The notes: generated from the sequence alone by a model not told the origin. Positions 9,653 to 20,662 are shown, counted from the stretch's first letter. The stretch is DNA of 64,000 nucleotides from Nitrososphaeria archaeon (GCA_029775855.1 JARVJZ010000002.1:32001-96000); one strand, 5' to 3'. Made by a program: numbers and translations.

Positions 9653-10211
9653 CGTCGAAGACGCCGCATTTATCCTCTACATCTTCCCAATCTTAATTAA
9701 CGGAGCTTATGGGCTTTGGAGCTGGATCGCTGGAGGTGCAGATTTAGATGCGCTGCAAAAAGTCTACCTCAACATCACTAGAGAGCCTATTATCTTCTTA
9801 GCCGGTTTACTTGCCGTATGTGTGGCTGTGCTCCTGGATACTAAATACTTGGGCTCTTTAGAGGATATAGATAGGCGTGTGACAAGATTAGCTTACTTCT
9901 GCTTTATAACAGCTTTAATAATAGCTATTGTCTCAACTGGATTTAACATAGCAAGCAGCTTAACCCTATTTCTTCAAGGAAGGTATGCCTTAATCTTTCC
10001 AGCTCTCTTAGTCTTGCTTAGCTTACTTATGAGATTAAGAGGCTTAAGTTTAGGCTTCTCTAATGGCGTGTTTAGAGGTATATCTCTTATTCTTCTTCTT
10101 ATTTCGCCGTTGACGCTCTATATACTGTGGAGGCTAGGTGCTGCTTGGTATATCATATTTGCTGTGCCGTTCATTCTCATAATTGCCTCAATAGGGTTAA
10201 TGAAGCGTTGA
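9627..10211 (+). CDS. Hypothetical multi-pass membrane protein
   Basis: About six hydrophobic segments; fills the gap between genes. Confidence 0.7.
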   Translation: MWCLMKKDSVEDAAFILYIFPILINGAYGLWSWIAGGADLDALQKVYLNITREPIIFLAGLLAVCVAVLLDTKYLGSLEDIDRRVTRLAYFCFITALIIAIVSTGFNIASSLTLFLQGRYALIFPALLVLLSLLMRLRGLSLGFSNGVFRGISLILLLISPLTLYILWRLGAAWYIIFAVPFILIIASIGLMKR

Positions 10212-11474
10212 CTAAGACCAATCATCTAGAGTCCCTTTCAACTTCTTCTTTTCCTTAAGCTGCGGGAATTCTATTTCACCATAAACACCATCAAACCCGG
10301 GTTTGATTTGAACAGTATTCTCTCTGACCGCTTTTAACGCTGATGCTACCTCGACCCCAGCTATTTTGCTAATCGCTTCGTAAGGTGCTTGAAACGCTGC
10401 TCTAAATTCGCTTCCGAAGGATTCGATAAGCATCTTATATTTGGTTTGAACGGCTTTGCTGAAGGTCGATGCACCTACAGCGCTGCCTATGATCTCTTCA
10501 AGTGGAAGCATATATTTGTAGTCTGGAGAGCCTTCTGGTTTATAGCCTAGCGCTCTGTCAGCTAACTCTTCTACCCTCTGCTCTACACCTAGCGTCATCT
10601 TCTTGCCACACTTTGGGCATATGCCTTTCAACTTTATCGCATCTTGTGGAGGCATAGATATGTTGCACGCTCTGTGCCCAGTCCAATGGTATTTGCCGTA
10701 TTGGGGGTAGGTTTCTATTGTGTACTTCAACTTGCTTCTGCCAATTTTTCTTATGGCGTTTATTATCTCTTTGTAGCTAAGATTGGTCAATTCGAATACA
10801 TTCGCTTCTCTACCTAGCCTATGTGGGAGGGGTGAATGTGAGTCGCTGTTTGAGACCAGTAGATATTTGTCGAGGCGGCTTAGTCTCCAGTTCATAAGCG
10901 GGTCGCTGGATAGCCCTGTCTCTAACGCGTGTATTTTATCAACTCTATCTTGATAGCACTCCTCTACTAGGTTAAAGCCGCTTACAGAGCCGAAGAGGCT
11001 CCACCAAGGTGTCCAGATGTGAGCTGGTATGACTTCAACCTCATTTGAGACCGACAAGGTAAGGTCTATAAGCTCAGCTGCGGTTATGTTAAGAGTAGGG
11101 CGTCCATCTTGCTCTATATTTCCTTTAGTTTTAAGTACATCTGACAGCTGCTTAGCTTCATCTAAAGACGGTAGCAGTATGAGGTGATGTATTCTCCTAC
11201 TCTTACCCTCGTATTCAAATACGGTAGCGACTTCTACTGTAGGCATAAACCTTGGGCTCTCCGATGCGCTTTTACTAACATATAATCCACCTTCTTCTTG
11301 CATGAGCTCCTCCTCAAGTTCTTGAATCCACTTTGGATGCACAGCATCGCCAGTCCCTATGAGGTCTAATCCCTTTATCTTACCGTAATATACAAGTGCG
11401 CTTATCCTCATGTCTTCACTGGTAGCTGCGCTGAATCTTGAATGTATATGTAGATCAGCGACTATCTCCATCAT
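10212..11474 (-). CDS. Endonuclease Q family (PHP domain + zinc finger)
   Basis: ADLHIHSRFS, PAHIWTPW, ETGLSSD, SNSDSHS, GKYHWTGHRAC and CPKCG motifs. Confidence 0.9.
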   Translation of the reverse strand: MMEIVADLHIHSRFSAATSEDMRISALVYYGKIKGLDLIGTGDAVHPKWIQELEEELMQEEGGLYVSKSASESPRFMPTVEVATVFEYEGKSRRIHHLILLPSLDEAKQLSDVLKTKGNIEQDGRPTLNITAAELIDLTLSVSNEVEVIPAHIWTPWWSLFGSVSGFNLVEECYQDRVDKIHALETGLSSDPLMNWRLSRLDKYLLVSNSDSHSPLPHRLGREANVFELTNLSYKEIINAIRKIGRSKLKYTIETYPQYGKYHWTGHRACNISMPPQDAIKLKGICPKCGKKMTLGVEQRVEELADRALGYKPEGSPDYKYMLPLEEIIGSAVGASTFSKAVQTKYKMLIESFGSEFRAAFQAPYEAISKIAGVEVASALKAVRENTVQIKPGFDGVYGEIEFPQLKEKKKLKGTLDDWS

Positions 11475-11516
11475 AAATCTCTGCTAACAACTCGCATATC
11501 AACCTTCTTTACGATG

Positions 11517-12962
11517 TTAGTAGGCTCTTGCGAAGTATGCTGTGATCTTAGCCTCTTTACCGCAGTATACACATCTTTGGATAGAAGGGTCTCCTTCAAA
11601 GGGCACAACTCTTATATCCGCACCAGTATCCTCTTTGATAGAAGCTTCACAAGCTTGGTCTCCGCACCAACCCGCTTTAATAAAACCACCCTTAGTTGAT
11701 AAGATCCGCTTAAACTCATCGTAGGAGTCAGCGGTTGAAGATAGTTCTTTAAGCATAGACTCCGCCCTAGCTTTGAGCCTTTTTTGCAGCTCTTCAAGCA
11801 GAGCCTTAGCCCTCTCAGCGGCACTACTCTCATCAACTTCTACCCTTTTGCCCGTATCTCTTAAGGCGAAGGTAACTGTGTGCTTCTCAAGGTCTCTTGG
11901 GCCTATTTCAAGCCTAAGCGGCACGCCTTTTAACTCCCAGTCGTTGAACTTCCAACCTGGGGTATATTCTTCTCTATCATCGCAGAAGGCTCTTATACCG
12001 TTCTGCTGAAGTGTAGTGGTGATTTCCTTTGCTTTAGAGGCAAGCTTTTCGTTAGGTTTGTCCTTATAGAAAATGGGTATGACAACGACTTGTATGGGTG
12101 CTATTTTTGGTGGGAGTATCAGACCTTTGTCATCGCCGTGAACCATTATGACCGCTCCAATAAGCCTCCAAGAGACACCCCAAGAGGTCTGCCAGACATA
12201 GTGCTCTTGCTTATCTTGACCTAGATATTTGATTTCAAAGACCTTTGAGAAGTTCTGCCCTAAGTTATGTGAGGTGCCCATTTGAAGGGCTTTACCATCA
12301 GGCATAATCGCTTCTAAGGTTGTAGTGTAGAGCGCACCAACGAACTTTTCGCGCTCAGTCTTACAGCCAGCCAGCACGGGTATAGCAAGATACTCTTCAA
12401 TAAACCATTTGTAGAGGTTAAGGATCTTCATCGTCTCCTCATCCGCTTCCTCTTTTGTTGCGTGTGCGGTATGTCCTTCTTGCCAAAGAAACTCCGAAGT
12501 CCTTAGAAATGGCTTGGTGGATTTGATTTCAGCCCTCATAACAGAGTTCCAGAAGTTTAGAAGCAGAGGCAGATCTCTCCAACTTCTAATCCATTTGGAG
12601 TAGGAACTGTATGCTATAGTCTCAGATGTAGGTCTAACAGCAAGCCTTTCGCCTAACCTATTGTCACCAGCTTCAGTAACCCAAAAGACCTCTGGTACAA
12701 ACCCCTTAAAATGCTCAGCTTCCCGCTTCAGTATGCTCTCAGGTATAAGCGCTGGGAAGTATGCGTTTCTATGCCCTAGTTTCTTGAATTCGCAGTCTAA
12801 GACACTCTGTATTATCTCCCAGATCTGGTATCCATATGGTCTCAGCACCATGAAGCCTTTGGCTGAAGCGTAGTCTGCTAATTCAGCCTTTAAGACCACT
12901 TGGTTATACCACTCTGAGAAGTCCTCAGCCTTCTTAACTGTTATCCCTATCTCCTTACTCAA
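11517..12962 (-). CDS. proS: Proline--tRNA ligase (archaeal/eukaryal type)
   Basis: RPTSET, FLRTSEFLWQEGHT, QTSWGVSWR and C-terminal FARAY. Confidence 0.97.
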   Translation of the reverse strand: MSKEIGITVKKAEDFSEWYNQVVLKAELADYASAKGFMVLRPYGYQIWEIIQSVLDCEFKKLGHRNAYFPALIPESILKREAEHFKGFVPEVFWVTEAGDNRLGERLAVRPTSETIAYSSYSKWIRSWRDLPLLLNFWNSVMRAEIKSTKPFLRTSEFLWQEGHTAHATKEEADEETMKILNLYKWFIEEYLAIPVLAGCKTEREKFVGALYTTTLEAIMPDGKALQMGTSHNLGQNFSKVFEIKYLGQDKQEHYVWQTSWGVSWRLIGAVIMVHGDDKGLILPPKIAPIQVVVIPIFYKDKPNEKLASKAKEITTTLQQNGIRAFCDDREEYTPGWKFNDWELKGVPLRLEIGPRDLEKHTVTFALRDTGKRVEVDESSAAERAKALLEELQKRLKARAESMLKELSSTADSYDEFKRILSTKGGFIKAGWCGDQACEASIKEDTGADIRVVPFEGDPSIQRCVYCGKEAKITAYFARAY

Positions 12963-12981
12963 CGCTATGCACCCAAATATG

Positions 12982-13362
12982 TCAGTCTGATTTGGCTACT
13001 GAGTAGCTGGGTCTATAAAATGCTTTTAATGTGATGATCAAGTATATCGCTGCTGCCAAAAGATACCCTACTGTTGAGACAACACCTATAGATACAAGAC
13101 CTATTTGAATAAGAATAGAGGAAGCATAAGCCATGTATGCAAATAGTATGAGATTGTAGAGGCTTGCAGCTGTGTAGAAGCTCCAGCTGTAGCCTGAAAC
13201 AAAGCCTTTAAGCATCAACCCCCCAGCAGCAACCGAAATCAAGCCTACGCCCAAGGTGTGTAGACTGCTTTCAGATGAAAGCGAGGATAAGATCCAAAAT
13301 AGTCCTGTGATTATGAGTATTATAGCGGTTAATGGAAGTGATCTGAGTCTACTTGTCTTCAA
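12982..13362 (-). CDS. Hypothetical 4-TM membrane protein
   Basis: Four hydrophobic segments. Confidence 0.65.
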   Translation of the reverse strand: MKTSRLRSLPLTAIILIITGLFWILSSLSSESSLHTLGVGLISVAAGGLMLKGFVSGYSWSFYTAASLYNLILFAYMAYASSILIQIGLVSIGVVSTVGYLLAAAIYLIITLKAFYRPSYSVAKSD

Positions 13363-13504
13363 CGCCGCACAGAGTATCGAGTAGGATAAGGAGATTTAAC
13401 TTTTTCCTAACAGTAGATGCTAGACTGAAAAGTGAAATAGAAGAAGGCGGCTAGGCGATTAAGATATATCAAACGCATATGGAGTAGGATATGGCTGGTT
13501 AATA

Positions 13505-16051
13505 TTGGAAGGTAGAGAGGGAAGCCTATCTGAAAAGATCAAGGAACTAACTTCACACACCACATCTATACCTCCCTCTGTCCTCCTTTCAGCAACATAT
13601 GACGGTGAGAAGAAGAAGGCTGTGCTCAAATTTTACCACGAAAAGACTGGCAGAATATACTTCTGGTATGACACAACTGGGCATAAACCCTACTGCTACA
13701 CTAGACTAAAACCCTCTGAGTTAGGTGTGCTAGAGGGGAGAAATGATGTAGTCGAGCTCAGGGTTGAGCGAAAGACCGACCTTCTTAAGGATACGGAAGT
13801 AGAAGTTACCCGTATAGTAGCAACTGACCCTCTTGCCATAGGCGGCCCAAGTAAATCTAGTATACGCGATGTGATAGACGCTTGGGAAGCGGACATAAAG
13901 TACTATGAAAACTATCTATACGACAGCAACCTAATATGCGGCGCATATTATACTGTGGAAGAATCGATAAAACCTATCAAATATGAAATCCCAAGCTCGG
14001 TGGAGCGTAGACTTCAAAAGATCTTAGAAGAGGCAGACCCCGATTTAAGGGACTATATCTGCGAGTGGGCGTCGCTCTTAAGCCAGCCTCTCCCACATCT
14101 GCGTCGAGTATCCTTAGATATAGAGGTTCTTGCATCTGAAGCGAACCGAATACCTAACCCAGAAGAAGCTGCTCAACAGGTTATAGCCGCCGCTATGGTT
14201 GGAGACGATGGTTTAAAGAAGGTTCTTGTTCTAAAGCGCAACGATGATGCAGTTGCTGCACCACTTATAGGAGAAGGCGTGGTCTTTAAACTCTATGAGA
14301 ATGAGAGTGATTTGATAAGAGAAGTCTTTTCCACAATTCTACAATACCCAATTCTAGTCACTTTTAATGGAGACCAATTCGATTTAAACTACCTCTACCA
14401 TAGGGCGCAAAGGCTTGGCTTCTCAAAGGATGAGATTCCTATTACACTTGGGCGTGATGTCTCATACATTAAGCATGGTGTCCATATAGATCTTTACAAG
14501 ACCTTTAACAACAGATCTCTACAGATATACGCTTTTGGGGGCAAGTATGTTGAACATACCCTAGGTGCTGTTGCCGAGGCTCTACTTGAAGAAAGCAAGA
14601 TAGATTTCGAAGGGGAGATAAGCGAACTTTCAGCAGAAGAACTTGCTAGATACTGTTATAACGATGCACATCTAGCTATGAGACTTACAACCTTCAAAGG
14701 CGAACTTCTCTGCAAACTTTTGATTGTGCTCTGCAGAATCGCTAAGATGCCTTTGGATGATGTTTCGAGGTTAGGTGTTTCAAACTGGATTCGAAGTATG
14801 CTCTTCTTTGAGCATAGAAGAAGAAATATTCTGATACCTAAACAAAGAGAACTTGAGGAGAAAGGCGGAGCAGCTACCACAGCCATAATCAAAGGTAAGA
14901 AGTATAAAGGAGGCGTGGTAATCGAACCTAAAGCCGGAGTTTATTTTGATGTCAGCGTGCTTGACTTCGCAAGCCTATATCCAAGTATAATCAAAGTCTA
15001 CAACCTATCTTACGAGACCGTTAGATGCATACACGAAGAATGCAGAAGCAACATCGTCCCTGAAACTAACCACTGGACATGTAAGAAGAAAAGGGGCATA
15101 ACCTCGCTTCTAATAGGATCTCTACGGGATCTTCGAGTCAACTACTATAAGCATCTTGCCAAAGAACGCTCCCTCTCAGAGGACGATAGGGAACTATATG
15201 GTATCGTCTCACAAGCACTTAAAGTTATTTTGAACGCAAGCTACGGCGTTATGGGCGCTGAAATCTTTCCCCTCTATTGCTTGCCAGTAGCAGAGGCAAC
15301 AGCAGCCTTAGGAAGATATGTAATTAATAGAACAATAGAGAAGAGCCATGAACTTGGAATAGAAGTTATCTACGGAGATACAGACTCCCTCTTCCTAAGA
15401 AGCCCCAACCCAGATCAACTCGATGCGATAAAGAAGTGGGCTGAATCCGAACTCAACATAGAACTCGAACTCGATAAAACCTACAGATATGTTGCATTCA
15501 GCCAACGTAAGAAGAACTACATGGGAGTGCTTACAGATGGGAAAGTAGACGTTAAAGGACTCACAGGCAAAAAGAGCCACATCCCCGCCTTCATTAAACA
15601 AGCATTCTACGACTCACTAAAGATACTAAGTGAAGTTAAGACGAAAGAAGACTTCGACAAAGCCAAAGACAGCATCAGAGAACTTCTAAGAAAAAGATAC
15701 CTAGACCTAAAAAACAGAAGAATTCCCCTCCAAGATCTGGCTTTCAACGTAATGATAGGAAAAGCACCAGATAAATACACTGAAACCACACCCCAGCACG
15801 TAAGGGCTGCGAAGCTTCTTATGGCAAAAGGCAAAGAAGTGAAGGCTGGTGAAATCATAGCGTACGTTAAGACCATAACACCCCCAGGAGTAAAACCGAT
15901 CTCAATGGCTACTCCTGATGAGGTGGATACTGTGAAGTATCTTGAGCAGCTTAAGAGCACCTTTGACCAGATCTTAGACGCCCTAGGTTACGAGTTTAAC
16001 GAAATCATGGGTGTAACAAAGTTAGAAGAATATTTCTGGGGCGGCTCATAG
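13505..16051 (+). CDS. polB1: Family B DNA polymerase, PolB1 type
   Basis: DIE exonuclease I, FNGDQFD, DFASLYPS, KVILNASYG and YGDTDS motifs. N-terminal YDG..KAVLKFY/GHKPYC is typical of TACK PolB1. Confidence 0.95.
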   Translation: MEGREGSLSEKIKELTSHTTSIPPSVLLSATYDGEKKKAVLKFYHEKTGRIYFWYDTTGHKPYCYTRLKPSELGVLEGRNDVVELRVERKTDLLKDTEVEVTRIVATDPLAIGGPSKSSIRDVIDAWEADIKYYENYLYDSNLICGAYYTVEESIKPIKYEIPSSVERRLQKILEEADPDLRDYICEWASLLSQPLPHLRRVSLDIEVLASEANRIPNPEEAAQQVIAAAMVGDDGLKKVLVLKRNDDAVAAPLIGEGVVFKLYENESDLIREVFSTILQYPILVTFNGDQFDLNYLYHRAQRLGFSKDEIPITLGRDVSYIKHGVHIDLYKTFNNRSLQIYAFGGKYVEHTLGAVAEALLEESKIDFEGEISELSAEELARYCYNDAHLAMRLTTFKGELLCKLLIVLCRIAKMPLDDVSRLGVSNWIRSMLFFEHRRRNILIPKQRELEEKGGAATTAIIKGKKYKGGVVIEPKAGVYFDVSVLDFASLYPSIIKVYNLSYETVRCIHEECRSNIVPETNHWTCKKKRGITSLLIGSLRDLRVNYYKHLAKERSLSEDDRELYGIVSQALKVILNASYGVMGAEIFPLYCLPVAEATAALGRYVINRTIEKSHELGIEVIYGDTDSLFLRSPNPDQLDAIKKWAESELNIELELDKTYRYVAFSQRKKNYMGVLTDGKVDVKGLTGKKSHIPAFIKQAFYDSLKILSEVKTKEDFDKAKDSIRELLRKRYLDLKNRRIPLQDLAFNVMIGKAPDKYTETTPQHVRAAKLLMAKGKEVKAGEIIAYVKTITPPGVKPISMATPDEVDTVKYLEQLKSTFDQILDALGYEFNEIMGVTKLEEYFWGGS

Positions 16052-16093
16052 TTTAATCTTTAAGAATCGTTATATGCTGGGGTTTAGAGAGGA

Positions 16094-16657
16094 GTGGCTG
16101 GAGATAAAAAGGGCTTGATTATACCCGGGGATAAACTTGCAGTCATAGAGGAGTTTGAAGCTGGAGAAGGCACCTATGTAGATGATGGTGTGATAAGAGC
16201 AAACACTTTAGGCGTAGTTCATAAGAACTTTGCAGAAAGAAGAATAGAGGTTAAGCGTAAAAAGACCGTTAAAATACCAAAAGCTGGCGATATAATAATC
16301 GGTCAAGTAGAATCTGCGCAGGCTTCCGACATAAGCATAAGGATACACTTTTTAAACAATGAGCCGTCTCAAAAAGGGTTTGTCGGTATGCTCCTTCTGC
16401 GTGAGGATGAAAATAAGGTTGGCAAAAACAAAATACCGTGCAAAGTAGGCGACTTAGTCAGAGCCAAAGTATCCGCTAATGTGGATATGATCATAATCTT
16501 AAGCTTACTTTGCTCTAACTGTGGTGTAATTTATGCTGTTTGCAGCGTCTGTGGTGGTAAGTTGGTTAAAATGGATACAAGGTTAAAGTGTGTCGAATGC
16601 GGTAATATAGAGCACAGATTAGTCGCACCAGACTATGGTCTGGTCAAGTTTCCTTAA
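16094..16657 (+). CDS. csl4: Exosome subunit Csl4
   Basis: PGDKLAVIEEF..GEGTY, S1 domain and C-terminal CSVCGG...CVECG zinc ribbon. Confidence 0.92.
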   Translation: MAGDKKGLIIPGDKLAVIEEFEAGEGTYVDDGVIRANTLGVVHKNFAERRIEVKRKKTVKIPKAGDIIIGQVESAQASDISIRIHFLNNEPSQKGFVGMLLLREDENKVGKNKIPCKVGDLVRAKVSANVDMIIILSLLCSNCGVIYAVCSVCGGKLVKMDTRLKCVECGNIEHRLVAPDYGLVKFP

Positions 16658-16742
16658 TTCTACCCCTACCAGACGTTTACTTTATCTTTCAAAGACTTAA
16701 AGGTTTTATTTGCGTGCGTCGAGGGGTTTATGGTTAGCCTAG

Positions 16743-17663
16743 ATGAGTATCGCGGATAAGCCTCCAGCATACATTTGGTTCAACGGTTCGATCAAGCAGT
16801 GGAGTGAAGCGAAGATACCTATACTTACTCACGCCCTACATTATGGCACAGCGGTCTTTGAAGGAATTCGAGCATACCCATCTGCCGATAACCTAAACAT
16901 CTTTAGGCTTAGGGAGCATCTGGAAAGGTTATTTTACTCCGCTAAGATCTACTACCTTAACTTAAACTACAGTGTTGATGATCTTATTCAAGCCACAATA
17001 GAGGTGATTAGAAGTAACGGGTTTAGAGGTAGGACATATATTCGCCCAATAGTGTTTGTGGGTTTTGGCGGTATAGGTTTAGACTACACAGGTTTCCCTG
17101 TAGACATTGCTATTATCGCAGTTCCATTTGAGAGATACTTCCATAAGTCTGCGGTAAGGGCTAAGGTGTCAAGTTGGAGGAGAATATCCAATGAAGCAAA
17201 CCCTCCTTTAGCCAAGGCTTCTGGGAATTATCTTAACTCCGCATTGGCTAAGCAAGAGGCTATAAGAGACGGATACGATGAAGCGATACTGCTTGATCAA
17301 AGGGGGTATGTAGCAGAAGGCACAGGCGAAAACATATTTCTCATAAAAGATGGTATAGCATATACACCGCCTATCAATTCAAGCATACTTATCGGCATCA
17401 CAAGAGACACAACGATAAAACTACTTACAGACCTAAACTACAAGGTTGTTGAAAGAGATATAGAGAGAAGCGAACTCTACATATGCGACGAAGCGTTCTT
17501 CTGCGGCACAGCTGCAGAGATAACACCCATAGTGGAAATAGACAAGAGAAGAGTAGGGAATGGTGAGATAGGGCCTATCACAAGGCAGATTAAAGAAGCT
17601 TATCTTGATGTTGTCGAGGGTAGAAACAAGAAGTATGCACACTGGCTCACAGCGGTCTACTAA
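16743..17663 (+). CDS. ilvE: Branched-chain amino acid aminotransferase
   Basis: HALHYGTAVFEG, AKASGNY, EGTGEN, GITR and GTAAE motifs. Confidence 0.95.
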   Translation: MSIADKPPAYIWFNGSIKQWSEAKIPILTHALHYGTAVFEGIRAYPSADNLNIFRLREHLERLFYSAKIYYLNLNYSVDDLIQATIEVIRSNGFRGRTYIRPIVFVGFGGIGLDYTGFPVDIAIIAVPFERYFHKSAVRAKVSSWRRISNEANPPLAKASGNYLNSALAKQEAIRDGYDEAILLDQRGYVAEGTGENIFLIKDGIAYTPPINSSILIGITRDTTIKLLTDLNYKVVERDIERSELYICDEAFFCGTAAEITPIVEIDKRRVGNGEIGPITRQIKEAYLDVVEGRNKKYAHWLTAVY

Positions 17664-18480
17664 ACTTGTTGTAGCCTTCCAAGGGGAGAGAGGCGCATAT
17701 AGCGAGGAAGCAGCCTTAGCATACTTCGGCTCACATATAGAGTTTCTGCCTTGCAGAACCTTACGACTGGTATTTGAGGCTGTAGAGGGTGGTAGAGCAG
17801 ATGTAGGTATGGTTCCTGTGGAGAATTCTCTTGAGGGTGCTATTTCAGAGACCTACGACCTTCTTATAGCAAGCAATCTTAGTGTATGTGGCGAATACAA
17901 CCTAAGAGTGAGACACTGCTTAATCACAAATAGGGGAGTGAAGTTAGAAGATATTAAGAGGGTGTATTCACATCCTCAGGCGCTCGCTCAGTGTAGAAGA
18001 TTCTTAGAAAAGATTGGTGCTGAGCTTATACCTTATTATGATACCGCTGGCAGTGCATATATGTTAAAGAAAGATGGGTTGATGGATACCGCGGCTGTAG
18101 CGAGTAAAAGGGCTGCTGAAATCTATAATCTCCAGATACTCGCCGAATCAATAGAAGATAGTCCAAACAACTATACCCGTTTCCTTGTTATAGGTAAAGC
18201 AGACCATGAGCCTACCAGTAGGGATAAGACTTCTTTAGTCTTCACAACCAAGCATGTTCCAGGCGCACTCTACGCTGCGTTAGGCGTCTTCGCTAAAAGA
18301 ATGATAAACTTGACGAAGATAGAGTCGAGACCTACAAAGCAGACACCTTGGGAATACAACTTCTTCGTGGATTTAGAGGGGCATAGGTTAAATGCAAACG
18401 TGTCCGAGGCTTTGGAGGAACTCAAGTCTTATACGCTTTCCATCAAGATTCTAGGCTCTTACCCAAAGGCTGAACAGTAA
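17635..18480 (+). CDS. pheA: Prephenate dehydratase
   Basis: FQGERGAYSE, PVENS, SHPQALAQC, NYTRF and ACT-domain IESRP motifs. Confidence 0.95.
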   Translation: MHTGSQRSTKLVVAFQGERGAYSEEAALAYFGSHIEFLPCRTLRLVFEAVEGGRADVGMVPVENSLEGAISETYDLLIASNLSVCGEYNLRVRHCLITNRGVKLEDIKRVYSHPQALAQCRRFLEKIGAELIPYYDTAGSAYMLKKDGLMDTAAVASKRAAEIYNLQILAESIEDSPNNYTRFLVIGKADHEPTSRDKTSLVFTTKHVPGALYAALGVFAKRMINLTKIESRPTKQTPWEYNFFVDLEGHRLNANVSEALEELKSYTLSIKILGSYPKAEQ

Positions 18481-18515
18481 ACTTAACTACTACATAAACC
18501 ACTACTTTAGCTGAA

Positions 18516-19268
18516 TTGAGGATCTGGTGGCAAGACCCCATACCTAAGCAGCCTTGGGTGGATAAGTATCATAGTTGGATTAAAGAAGCTGCCGGCTTGA
18601 TATGTGAGGCGGATAATGTGGTTGACATCTACTCTTTAGAGAAAGGCTACCCTTCGCCTACACCATCCTATCCACACCTCTATAACAGCCTACAGATCGT
18701 TAAGAGCATACATAGGGCTGAAGAGCAAGGTTATGATGCTGTTGTGCTTGGATGTATGCTGCAAGGCGGCTTAAAGGAGGCTAGATCCATAGTAAACATA
18801 CCTGTAGTGGGTGCTTTTGAGTCAGCAGCTTGGCTGGCAACAATATTAGGTCGGAAGTTTTCAGTGTTAGTCACCGATAGGTCTGTTAAACATATCGCTG
18901 AGGAGCTGGTCGAGCAATATGGGTTAGAGCGGCGAGTTGCAAGCATAAGGTGCTTAGAGGGCGGCACATTTAAGATGATGATGACTGAAACTGAAAGCTA
19001 CCTACAAGTGGTTTCAACCGCGATTAAAAGGCTCAGCGAGGAAGACGGTGCTGAGGTGGTCATACCTTTCTGCACAATAACTGGAGCATTGCTTGCATCA
19101 AGGAAGTTGTTAAATTCATTTGAAATTCCAATCGCCGAGCCTGTATCCGCATCTCTAAAGGTGGCTGAGGCTATGAGTAAGCTAGGTAAGAGCTTTAACT
19201 TGAGTGTATGTAGGAAGAGCGTGTATATGAAGCCACCTAAGTCTTTCTTAGATAAGATACCCCTTTAA
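18516..19268 (+). CDS. Asp/Glu/hydantoin racemase family protein
   Basis: EQGYDAVVLGC, IPVVG and DGAEVVIPFCT give the two-cysteine fold pattern. Confidence 0.8.
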   Translation: MRIWWQDPIPKQPWVDKYHSWIKEAAGLICEADNVVDIYSLEKGYPSPTPSYPHLYNSLQIVKSIHRAEEQGYDAVVLGCMLQGGLKEARSIVNIPVVGAFESAAWLATILGRKFSVLVTDRSVKHIAEELVEQYGLERRVASIRCLEGGTFKMMMTETESYLQVVSTAIKRLSEEDGAEVVIPFCTITGALLASRKLLNSFEIPIAEPVSASLKVAEAMSKLGKSFNLSVCRKSVYMKPPKSFLDKIPL

Positions 19269-20662
19269 CCGCCTAGGTTCAGATCATCATGTATCGCTTT
19301 TAGAGCGGTCAACGCATCCTTCTCCTTTACAACGAAGGATATGCTGAGCTCAGACGAGCCTTGAGCAATCATCCTTATGTTTACCCCTCTCTTGGCTACG
19401 GCACCAAAGATCCTTGCAGCAACCCCGGGTGTGCCTTGCATACCAGCACCTATAGCCGCTACTACAGAGACATCGTCTTCAGCGTGAACTTCAGAGACAA
19501 CCCCTTTACCCAAAAGAGCCAACTCTAACGCTGTGACAGCTTTATGAAGCTTGCTGCGATTAACTACAACACTAATGTTTGATTCGGATATGCTTTGTGA
19601 GATCATTAGGATGTTTACACCGCTCTTCGAGAGGATATCAAATATCTTCGCCGCTGTACCCAGTTTGCCTACCATCCCCGCTCCGCTGACCGTTATAAGA
19701 CCTACATCCTTCACCAGAGCAAGCGCTTTAACTACCTCACCTTCTTTAAGCTGCGTAGTGGAAGTTATGAGCGTCCCCGCATTCTCTTCTGCAAAGGTAT
19801 TCTTCACCCTAACTGGGATGCCTTCTTCTGCTATCGGCTCTATCGCTCTTGGATGTATCGCCTTGGCTCCAAGCGCAGTCATCTCACGCGCCTCTGCGTA
19901 GGATATTTGAGGCACAGTCTTCGCATTAGGTATTAGCTTCGGATCTGCAGTCATTATGCCATCTACATCAGTCCACAACCAGACTTCATCTGCCTTTACC
20001 GCTGCCGCTATTAGCGTTGCTGTGAGATCTGAGCCGCCTCGCCCTAAAGTAGTTATCTCTCTGTTCTGCGTCTCCCCTATAAATCCGGTTACAACTGGAA
20101 TTATATTCTGCTCAAGCAGCGGGTTGAGCTTACTCCTAATCCTAGATTTAGAAGCTTCAAAGAGCGGCGTTGCCTCACCAAAGGCTTCGTCTGTAAGTAT
20201 ACCAGCTTCTCCACCTTGAAGACGCAAACAGTCAACCCTAAGATCTTTAAGCGTGTGCTCCAAAAGTATACTTGATAATCTTTCGCCGTAAGAAAGGATT
20301 AGGTCTCTCGTTCTCGGTGTTACTTCCTTCAGCAAGGTTGATGCTGTCATAACTTTTTCAAGTTCTGTAAGGAGTTTAGATACCTCTTCTTGTGCTGCTG
20401 CCCTTAAATTATCGCTTTTTATAATATTTGTAGCTTCTATATGGATTGCACGTAAGACCTCTAAATGCTCTCTTATCGCTTCTCTGTTTCCGTTCTTTGC
20501 TAACTCGGTAAGCACAAGTAGCTTGTCGGTAACATCATCCATAGCTGATACAACCACAATGAGACTGTGGTTCTGCTTGTAGCGCTCGATTATACTGCCA
20601 CACCTTAGGATTCTACTACCATCCGCTAAGGATGAGCCTCCAAACTTCATTACAATCTTCAT
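19265..20662 (-). CDS. lysC: Aspartate kinase
   Basis: MKFGGSS, VVSAM, TLGRGGSD, DVDG and two ACT domains. Confidence 0.95.
   Translation of the reverse strand: MKIVMKFGGSSLADGSRILRCGSIIERYKQNHSLIVVVSAMDDVTDKLLVLTELAKNGNREAIREHLEVLRAIHIEATNIIKSDNLRAAAQEEVSKLLTELEKVMTASTLLKEVTPRTRDLILSYGERLSSILLEHTLKDLRVDCLRLQGGEAGILTDEAFGEATPLFEASKSRIRSKLNPLLEQNIIPVVTGFIGETQNREITTLGRGGSDLTATLIAAAVKADEVWLWTDVDGIMTADPKLIPNAKTVPQISYAEAREMTALGAKAIHPRAIEPIAEEGIPVRVKNTFAEENAGTLITSTTQLKEGEVVKALALVKDVGLITVSGAGMVGKLGTAAKIFDILSKSGVNILMISQSISESNISVVVNRSKLHKAVTALELALLGKGVVSEVHAEDDVSVVAAIGAGMQGTPGVAARIFGAVAKRGVNIRMIAQGSSELSISFVVKEKDALTALKAIHDDLNLGG

Noticed and set aside
13505-16051. Inteins or introns in polB1 (also considered for radA and pyrG)
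   Set aside because: Lengths are normal and the conserved motifs are contiguous. Short in-frame inserts without stops cannot be fully excluded by eye.
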